A DNA stretch of 64,000 bases from Chrysomallon squamiferum. Lineage: Eukaryota; Animalia; Mollusca. Positions 50,154-64,000 of this stretch are shown here, in pieces. The translations under genes and the position numbers were made by a program. Under the pieces are notes generated by a model. The model was not told where the DNA came from and did not search any database. It was given only the letters and a program-made list of their open reading frames with translations. The stretch's first letter is position 1, and every line of letters starts with the position of its first letter. The stretch spans positions 26,474,001 to 26,538,000 of the forward strand of contig CM022677.1 in NCBI GenBank assembly GCA_012295275.1, in the 5' to 3' direction.

Positions 50154-51942
50154 TGGGTGTGTGTAAAGTAGTTACTGATTGTAAAACTATTTAATATGAT
50201 ATGTATATTCTGACAAACTGTTATCTTATTTAACTATTTATTTATTTCTTTGATTTGATTTGTCTTGATTTTTTTAAATGAACTAGTTAATTTGAAACTG
50301 ACGTACTGAAAAGGCGTGATAATCTCTAATGTGTGTGTGTGTGTGAATGCGTGTGTGCGTGAAATAGTTTTTATTATTGAATGTGTAAAAAAATATATAA
50401 AAAATACTGTGAACGATTATTTTTCCAAATATAAATAACCACTGTTGTGAGTTTACTTATAAAAAAAAATTTAAAAATGTTTGTACTGTTTCATTCATAA
50501 CAGAGAAATTGAATATTTGAAACATGATGTTTTTTGTTTCCTCTAATACTTAAATTTGTTAATAATCTTGTTAATTAAGAAAAATAATCATATATTTCAT
50601 ATGCTTCTAATAATTAGCTTATTTATTTAAAATAATAGACAATTCTAAGAAACACAATTTAAAATTTAATATTTGTGATTGCCGAGACATTAAGAATTTA
50701 ATAAAATAATTCTAATTGAAATGGTGTTTATTGATCATTATTTTTTGTTTTGATAATGTTTTTGTTTATACATCTGGTGTAGCAGCACCAAAACGTGCCC
50801 CCCCCCTCGCATATATATATATATGTTTGAAACTTTAGAAACGTTAGTTTGTCTGTATATGAATGTGTATGCATATGTGTATTAATTAATTTTTTTTATT
50901 TTTTATTTTTTATTTTTTTATTATTTTCGAAAAATATTAAATCAATAAAGAAATAAAATAAATAAATTTCAAGTCACACTGTAGAGGTGTAGATAACTGC
51001 AAATATCATACCACTGTACTGAAGTACTCATAAACTGGTAAATAATATCTTCTTCTTTCTTTTTAATTATTATTATTTTTCTATATTTTATATCATAGAG
51101 TTAAAAATTGAAATTTATTAAGAAGTGTATTAATTTGTGATTCTGTTGTATACAAAATTGAAACAAAAAACCCTACAAAAAACAACATGTTCTTTCTTTT
51201 CTCGTTTATTTTCATACTGTTTTTCACAAATGGTATTCCATTAACTTATTTTAATAAATTGAATGGATTAATTAAGATTTTTCTTTAAGAGTGTGTTGAT
51301 TTGTGCATGTCAAAGAATGTGATTTTTTAAATTTTTGTTAATTTTATGTTTTAAGTACATAAAGCCTGTAATCCGGGCTATCTCCGGAGCAAACCTTGCA
51401 AATGGTTCCATTTTAAAGGTAATTTTTGTCTCTTTTGAGTGATATGATAACGAATCGGTTCACGATAATTTATTATAATGGCGTATCTAAAAGTAAATTC
51501 ATTAATATTAAGTTGTCATAAAAAGTTCGTTTATTCGTTTTCTGAGCCGTCTGACCAACGTCTTTGCAGTTCAGTGTTATTGTTAAATTAAGTAGAACTA
51601 CCACTACTATCACTAATAATACAATATCAAGAATTACATTATGATTACTACTACACAACCGATAAAAAAGAAAAAAAAAGAAATATGTTTGTAATAAACA
51701 TATGCAAAGCAGAAGTCCTGTTTTCTGTTCCACGTTTATTTTAGGTGTTCATAAAGCTAAACTGTGTCAGTCTGATGACATCAACATACAGAACTGGGTT
51801 TATATTATAAACACTCTGTTAATAGTTTTTCTTATTAATTATTATAATAATTTAATCGTTTTTTATTTAACATGGTTTCTCTAACAGATAAATTGAATAA
51901 TAACATCATCGTCAACAACAACAACAACAATAACAATAATAA

Positions 51943-51975
<33 letters not shown>

Positions 51976-52147
51976 CAGTAGTAGCAGTATTAGTTTACAT
52001 ATATAAATACATGTAATGCTAGCATTCTCACCTTGCATGATAAACGTGATATCTAATAATAATATTCCAAATATGCACACAAACATACACACACAGGCAG
52101 ACAGACATACACACATACACTTTCAGGCAGATAAATGTTTAAAATAA

Positions 52148-52214
<67 letters not shown>

Positions 52215-52628
52215 TCGTTATTTGAATGAGATTTTACATATTAATGAATTTAGTTCTGCTGTAGCAGGTACTCGATGAACGACATCTCGACAAATAGCTA
52301 ACCGGACATTTTAGACTATTTCAATGACGTCATCTACTAAAAGAATTAAAAAGATATATATATAAAAAAAAACAAAAAAACAACAACACGTGAACACTAA
52401 AATATTTATTTCTCCAATTACTATTGCTGGCTGATATAATAATAGTTCCTACACTGAGTTCTTCTTATAACGTGTAAGTAAATTAGTAAATGAGTAATAG
52501 CAATTAAGTAAGTAAATATTTAATAATAGATTAATTTAAAACACTACCTACCAACGACTGCAGACGACAATATTTTTGTATTTTGTAGCAGAATTAACGG
52601 CCTCCATAGATTATTTTCAGAAATAGTA

Positions 52629-52694
<66 letters not shown>

Positions 52695-53531
52695 CAACAA
52701 CAACAACAATAAGAACAACAATAGCAACAACAATAACAAAACGAAAACAAAACAATAATATTATTACGACATTTTCTTTCGGCGTAAATATCTCTTGAAA
52801 AACCTTTCAGCTAAGGCCGGGACAGGGCATTCGACCGAAATACAGAGAATTAGTGAAATAAGTCACCCCCCCACCCACATGTAAACGAACGACAACTATT
52901 ACTCATTTATATATCAACAGATACAGTCGTAACCACCTTGAGGCAAATGAGGCAAATGCCTCATACCGAAATAGACGGGGGTTTTTAATTATGAATTTTG
53001 TATACAAAGATTTTATTTTAAAAATATAAAATATAAATCTCTATTCCAATAGAAACGATATCCACTGAATGAATTCGTTTATGTCTCCGGTTACAGTTTA
53101 AAGTCTACCGACAACGTTGCGATGAAAGACATAACTGACTTCAAAGTCATCACTTTTTGCCTCATTTAAAAAAGAGTCTTATTACGGATCCCTCGTAAGT
53201 TCTTTAAACGGAGAATACTTTATTACATAGAACATATAAATTTGAAATATATTTTTTGGTGACCTTTTCTCAAAAATCATTAAAATTCTCACGTTCGGTG
53301 TATTAACTGTTCACAACTTCAAAATGCTGTATCTGTCATTTGTGTGTGTGCGTGCGTGCGTGTGTGTGGCTGTGTGTGTGTGTGTGTGTATGTTTTCATC
53401 CTTGACTGAATGTCATTTGATTGGCATGATGGTATAAAAGACATCTTTATCCCAAATTTCAGCTTAGAATTGCTATATTTTGACACATTAATGAATTAAA
53501 TATATACTATTATGTTACAGGTTCTAACAAA

Positions 53532-53613
53532 ATGAAGAACTTTGTTCGTCTGTTGATCCTGCTGAGTTCTGTATCACACTGTTATGGTTTTGAAATCAGC
53601 CCTTACCGTCGAG

Positions 53614-53675
<62 letters not shown>

Positions 53676-53846
53676 CAACAACAACAACAATAATAATAAG
53701 AAGAAAAACAAGAACAAGAAGAAGAATTAGAAGAAGAATCCAATTCCAAAATACCGCAATACAGTTTTGCTAGTAATCAATATGGTTGTATCCGACATAT
53801 TTTTGTTATTTAAATCAAACAAACTTAAATTCATGAATTAAATTGT

Positions 53847-53883
<37 letters not shown>

Positions 53884-54916
53884 GAAGAAGAAGAAGAAGA
53901 AGAAGAAGGAGAATCCAGTTCCAAAATACCGAAATTCAGTTTTGCTAACTGTCGATATGGTTGACTCTGATATATTTTTGTTATTGAAATCAAACAAAGT
54001 TAATTGCATGAACAAAATTGTTATAACATACTACTACTAATACTACTACTACTACTACTAATAATAATAATAGTAGTAGTAGTAGTAGTAGTAGTAATAA
54101 GAATAATAATAATGATTCAGCCAAATGATTATTTATTTATTTATTCCAGTTAATGGTAAGTGGAGTACATGGTATGCAGGAACTGAACAACCGTGCAGTC
54201 CAACATGTGGCGCAGTAAGAAATCGCTATATAAATTACTACAGAAAGTGTAATAACCCTGCACCATCAGCACATGGTGACTATTGTCAGGGCTCACACAA
54301 AAAGCAAGTGATGAAAGGTTGTCAAATTATCAGATGTCCAAGTAACTATCTTTATCTATTTTCAATTTACTTAAAAATGGTCGAATTTAATCAACACTTC
54401 TACATTTTGAAGAAGTAGTCTAATTATCCGCTTCCAGTTTATGTTTCACTTGTTTAATTTGAACCAGTCTTTTACTTAATTAATAACAGGAAAATACTGT
54501 AGTTCAAAAATATCCGTGCACCACCATTTTTCTCTAGACGGATAGGGTTTCTGAGAAACAACGACTACTGAACAACAGTATTTCGTTATTTAATTCACTT
54601 TAATATGTAAATATTTAGATTTTAATTTTCAGTTGATGGAAATTGGGGTCTATGGGAGGCAATAACCAGAGAGCCGTGCAGTGTCACGTGCGGTGATTCT
54701 CCAGGACGGCGGGATGTTGTTTATTTCAGACGCTGTGACAGCCCGTACTCACAATATGGTGGGAAGGAGTGTCCCGGCCCTGACCGAAAGGTTCCTCAAG
54801 AGACATGTCACAGTAAAACAAAATGTCCTGGTAATATTATAGTTTTTGTTACGGTTTTATTAGTATTGCTGTTGTTGTGTTGGTATTACTGCTACTACTA
54901 TCACTACTACTGTCAA

Positions 54917-54956
<40 letters not shown>

Positions 54957-55161
54957 TCTTTTTTCTTTTTTTTACTTCTTAAATAATTATTAATTTATGT
55001 TTTGTCATTCTTTTTCTCTTTCTCACAAACACACATACACACAGTAATATATATATATATATACTCACACACAAACAGTAAATGTGTTGTATCAGGAAAA
55101 TGTCCTGGTATTTTTTATTATTGTCTTCAACATATTAATCATCATCACGATGATAATGACG

Positions 55162-55218
<57 letters not shown>

Positions 55219-55471
55219 TCGAGGCAAGATCAAAATAAATTGAGACATTGTATATTTCAGTTGCGTGAAAAATTATAAGCTATATAAATATAACAGAAAA
55301 TAAAATAATTTAATTTTAGATCAAAATATTTAAATAATAAATCAGTTTGTTAATAACAAAATTTCTGACGTATTTCAAAATTGGAAAATGTTTTTTTTTT
55401 TTTTTTAATAAGGCATCACTGGGTTGTTTTTATTTATTGTATTTTTATTTATTTATTTATTTATTTATTTA

Positions 55472-55520
<49 letters not shown>

Positions 55521-55852
55521 TTGTTTTCTTAGTCGATGGAGGTTGGAGTGATTGGAAAATAAAGGACGAAGGACCGTGTAGTGTTACTTGTGACGGTACT
55601 GGAGTGAAGGACGTTACTAAAAATAGACAGTGTAATAACCCAGAACCCAAACATGGTGGCAAGTCTTGTGAAGGGTCCGACGAAAAGACATTTCAAGAGG
55701 AATGTATTGTAGCAGAAAAATGTCCTGGTATTTTTTATTATTGTGATCAACATGAACATCATAATATTAATTATCATGATAGTTATTATTTTCATGATTA
55801 TTATTATTATAATAAATAGTAGTAGTGGTAGTAGTAGTAGTAGTAGTAGTAC

Positions 55853-55909
<57 letters not shown>

Positions 55910-56016
55910 AACGACAGCAACAAACACGCTGCTAATGATAATAATAACAATAACAATAACATCAAAATAAAATTATGTGAGTTGAATTTTATAATTAAAC
56001 TGTCTTTAAAATTATA

Positions 56017-56049
<33 letters not shown>

Positions 56050-56886
56050 GTTCTTGTTCTAGTTCTTATTGCTTTTATTTTCTTAGTCGATGGAGGTTGG
56101 AGTGACTGGAATATAAAAGGATGAAGGACCGTGTAGTATTACCTGTGGGGGTATTGGAGTGAAGGACATTACAGAAAACAGACAGTGTAATAACCCAGAA
56201 CCCCAACATGGTGGCAAGTCATGTGTAGGATCCAACGACAACACAGTCCAAGAGGAATGTATTGTAACAGAAGAATGTCCTGGTACTGTTTTTCTTATAT
56301 TAATCATAATGACCATCCATAATATTAATAATAATAACAATAAACAACAACAAATCAAACCATTTAAATCATAAATCAATGTGTTGATAAGTAAATTTCA
56401 GTGTCTACTTTTGCTTTAGAATAATATATAATATGCTTTATAATGATACATAACAATACGTAATACATTATAATGATACATAACAACACGTAAGGCTTTA
56501 TAAGGATATATAATTGTATGTAATGAATTATACTGATATATAACGATATGATATGCTTTATAATTATATATAATGATTTGACAAAATGCTTTATTTTGAT
56601 GTATAATGATATGTAATGCTTTGTAATGGGTTTTGTTTATGTTTTATTTTTTTTCCTAGTTCATGGTGGATGGGGCCCATGGCATGTAACTGAAGTAGGT
56701 GTATGCAATGTCAAATGCGGTAACGGAACTCATGTAATCCTTCATACACGTTACTGTGACAACCCAGCCCCGTCACCCACGGGACATCTGTGTATTGGAG
56801 AAAACACAAAATTCGTTAGTGGGTCTTGTTTTGTAACCTGTAAAGGTAAGTTATTTCTTTTTGTATTTTATTTTATTTTAGTTTAT

Positions 56887-56917
<31 letters not shown>

Positions 56918-57079
56918 TATTCAGTATATGCTAGATAACCAAACGAAAAAGAGAGAACTATTTTTCTTATTGATTTATTACTTTAAGACTAAAGGTTTCT
57001 TTTCCACACACACACACACAATGCTTTTATAAGCTAATATATATATATATATATACGACAATTGTTTTTAATATTATTA

Positions 57080-57150
<71 letters not shown>

Positions 57151-57742
57151 TTAATATTCAGGCAAAAGGGTTGACGTAATAAAAGAGAATTTGGATCTGT
57201 TGCTACTGATAGTGGGGGGTTCTATAGCTCTTCTTCTTAGTCTTGTGACACTGTATGCTTTCAGGTATTATTAATACTATTGCCAGTTCTAGTCATCAAC
57301 ATAATTTTATAATTAATTATTATTGTTATTGTAATTGTTATTATTAATATTATTATAACATTTTAATACATATTTCTCTAAATTTGGACAGATTAAAATT
57401 GTTGAGATTGTTAAGGGCATAATTATAATAAAAGAAGCCTGTAAGTTTTAATATTACACATGTTTGATAACAACATAAGCAATTATAATAATTATAATAT
57501 TATAGCAATGCCAATAGGAATAGTAATAATGGAAGTAATAATATTGATAATAATAATAACAACAATAATACGGAAACAATAATGAGCGATTTGTTTTTTA
57601 AGTAGAAATTATACTGTGTGTGTTTATTTTACTTTCTAATTATTTTCCTTGCAGGAAACGTAAACGAAAACAACCATTATTGAAAGAAGGCATGGAGTCA
57701 GGAATTCAGCAAGATAATCCCGGATTATCTGAAAATGCTTGA
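53532..57742 (+). CDS. TSP1-repeat type-I membrane protein, copy B (one exon mostly deleted, one frameshifted; possibly pseudogene)
   Basis: Exons 53532-53613, 54150-54341, 54633-54830, 55533-55727, [56087-56282: 196 nt, extra A at 56115-56118 giving TGA at 56122], 56660-56845, TM 57162-57264 (LLLLIVGGSIALLLSLVTLYAF) and 57655-57742. Only the 3' 27 nt of another TSP1 exon remain at 55081-55107. Confidence 0.85.
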
Positions 57743-57780
57743 TAATGTGTAATGTGTGTGTGTGTGTATGGGTGTGTGTC

Positions 57781-57835
<55 letters not shown>

Positions 57836-58961
57836 TCGTTTTAAATGATAATAATGATTCAATGTGTAAAAAAAGAATACAAATATTGTGAACGATTAAA
57901 TAACCACTGGTGAGAGCTTTTAAAAATATATCAGAAATGTTTGTAGTATTTCATTCATAAACAACAGCAACAAACACTTTAAAATATAATTTTTGTTTTG
58001 TTTTTTCTCTTTAATATCCTTGTTAATTAAGAAAACTAATCAAATTGTTCACATGCTTCTAATAATTAACCCAAGAAAAAACGGAACTAGCTTAGACAGC
58101 TTACTTATTATTTAAAATCAAAGATAATTCTAAGAAACATAATATGTTGTTGTTTTTGTTTTTTTTTTTTTTTATATTTTAAGTACATAAGCCTTAAATC
58201 AGAAATCCGGACTATCTCCGGAGCAAACCTTGCAAATTGGTCAACCGCTAAAAGTTCAACAATAGTTTTTCAAATGTTAATTACTTTTGTCTAAGTATCC
58301 CGTTATTTCTCCACTGACATCACACCATAACACAAATCATAAAACATTTAAAAAAAAAAAAATGTAATTTTTACAATAATTGTCCAGACGTTAGCAATTT
58401 TTGTCTCTTTCGAGTTCCAGCATAATTTATTATTTATCACAATAATTTATTATAATGGCGTATCTAAAAGTAAATTCAGTAATATTAAGATGTCATGAAA
58501 AATTCGTTTATTCGTTTTCTTTGCCGTCTGACCAACGTCTTTGCGGTTCAGTGTTATTGTTAAATTAAGTAGAACTACCACTACCACTGCTATCACTACT
58601 AATACAACATCAAGTATTACATTATGATTACTACTACACAACCGATAAAAAAAAAAAAAAAAAAAAAAAAAATATGTTGGTAATAAACATATGCAAAGCA
58701 GAAGTCCTGTTTTCTGTTGCACGTTTATTTTAGGTGTTCATAAAGCTAAGATTCTAAACTGTGTCAGTCTGATGACATCAACATACAGAACTGGGTTTAT
58801 ATTATAAACACTGTTAATAGCTTTTCTTATTAATTATTATAATAATTTAATCATTTATTATTTAACATGGGTTTAATAACTAATAAATAAAATAATAACA
58901 TAATCAACAACAACAACAACAAGAGCAACAACAACAATAACAATAACGATAATAATATTAA

Positions 58962-59016
<55 letters not shown>

Positions 59017-59143
59017 TTACATATATAAATACATGTAATTCCAGCATTCTACCTTTCATGATAAATGTGATAATAATAATAATAACCAGTTATTCCAAAC
59101 GCGCGCGAACACACACACACACACACATTCTGCTAGATAAATG

Positions 59144-59189
<46 letters not shown>

Positions 59190-60098
59190 TCGTTATTTGA
59201 ATGAGATTTTACATATTAATGAATTTAGTTCTGCTATAGCAGGTACTCGATGAACGACATCTCGATAAAGGGCTAACCGGTCATTTAGACTATTTGAATG
59301 ACGTCATCTACTACAAACGCCAAAAAATAATAATAAAAAATAAAGAAATAGAAGTGTACCAAAAAATATTTATTTCTCCAATTACTATTGCTGGCTGACA
59401 TAATAATCGTTCCTACACTGAGTTCTTCTTATAACGTGTAAGTAAATTAGTAAATTAGTAATAGCAATTAAGTAAGTAAATACTTAATAACAGATTAATT
59501 TAAACACTACCTACCAGCGACTGCAGACGACAATATTTTTCTATTTTGTAGCAGAGTTAATGGCCACCATAGATTTTTTTAGAAATATTAATATAATTAT
59601 AATAATAGTAATAATAATGAAAAAAATTATAATAACAACAACCAAAACAACAACAATAACAACAACAATAGCAACAACAATGACAAAAACAATTGCAGCA
59701 ACAACATAAAAACAAAACATTTTCTTTCGGCGTAAATATCTCTTGAAAAACCGAAAACTAAGGCCGGGCGAATGTAAGGGGCGATATAAAGAGAATCAGT
59801 TAAATAAATCACTCACCACAAGTAAACGATCGACAACTCTTACTCATTTACATATCAGTAGATATGACCGTAACCATATGAGGCAAATGACGATTTTTTA
59901 TTATGATTTTTTTATGCAGAGATTTTATTTTAAAAATATAAAATATAAATCTCTATTACGATAGAAAGGCTGTCCACTGAATGAATTCGTTTATGTCTCC
60001 GGTTACTGTTTAAAGTCTACCGACATTGCTTTAGAATTGCTATATTTTGACACATTAATGAATTAAATATATACTATTATGTTACAGGTTCTAACAAA

Positions 60099-63980
<3,882 letters not shown>

Positions 63981-64000
63981 GTAATTCATTTCATCTTTTT

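Noticed and set aside
50306-50345. Second copy of the TSP1-A stop-codon region (GAAAAGGCGTGATAATCTCTAATGTGTG)
   Set aside because: A short local duplication in the 3'UTR with no acceptor or frame; not an alternative last exon.

Overview
AT-rich, microsatellite-saturated eukaryotic genomic DNA with spliceosomal GT-AG introns. It is most likely a gastropod mollusc; this is an inference from the mollusc-type C-terminal motif in the first CDS and the abalone-like chymotrypsin. Nearly all ORFs in the supplied track are microsatellite artefacts, so real genes were assembled by hand from exons. From left to right: (1) the 3' end of a Ser/Thr-rich single-pass membrane protein; (2) a 5-exon hedgehog-RELATED gene (signal peptide + ~40-aa non-Hedge N-domain + Hog = Hint + sterol-recognition region) whose exon 2 is frame-disrupted and whose intron holds a Mutator-like element; (3) a 21-bp minisatellite; (4) an intact 6-exon chymotrypsin-like S1A protease; (5) a foldback element and a Gypsy-type LTR+PBS remnant; (6) a ~10 kb segmental duplication, each copy carrying minus-strand mucin+TSP1 exons and a tiny 54/59-aa signal-peptide + GPI-signal microprotein whose mature ectodomain exon is completely different between otherwise near-identical copies; (7) a tandem array of at least 3 mosaic type-I membrane genes built from phase-1 TSP1 exon cassettes. 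All gene models were read manually, without homology search or transcript evidence.
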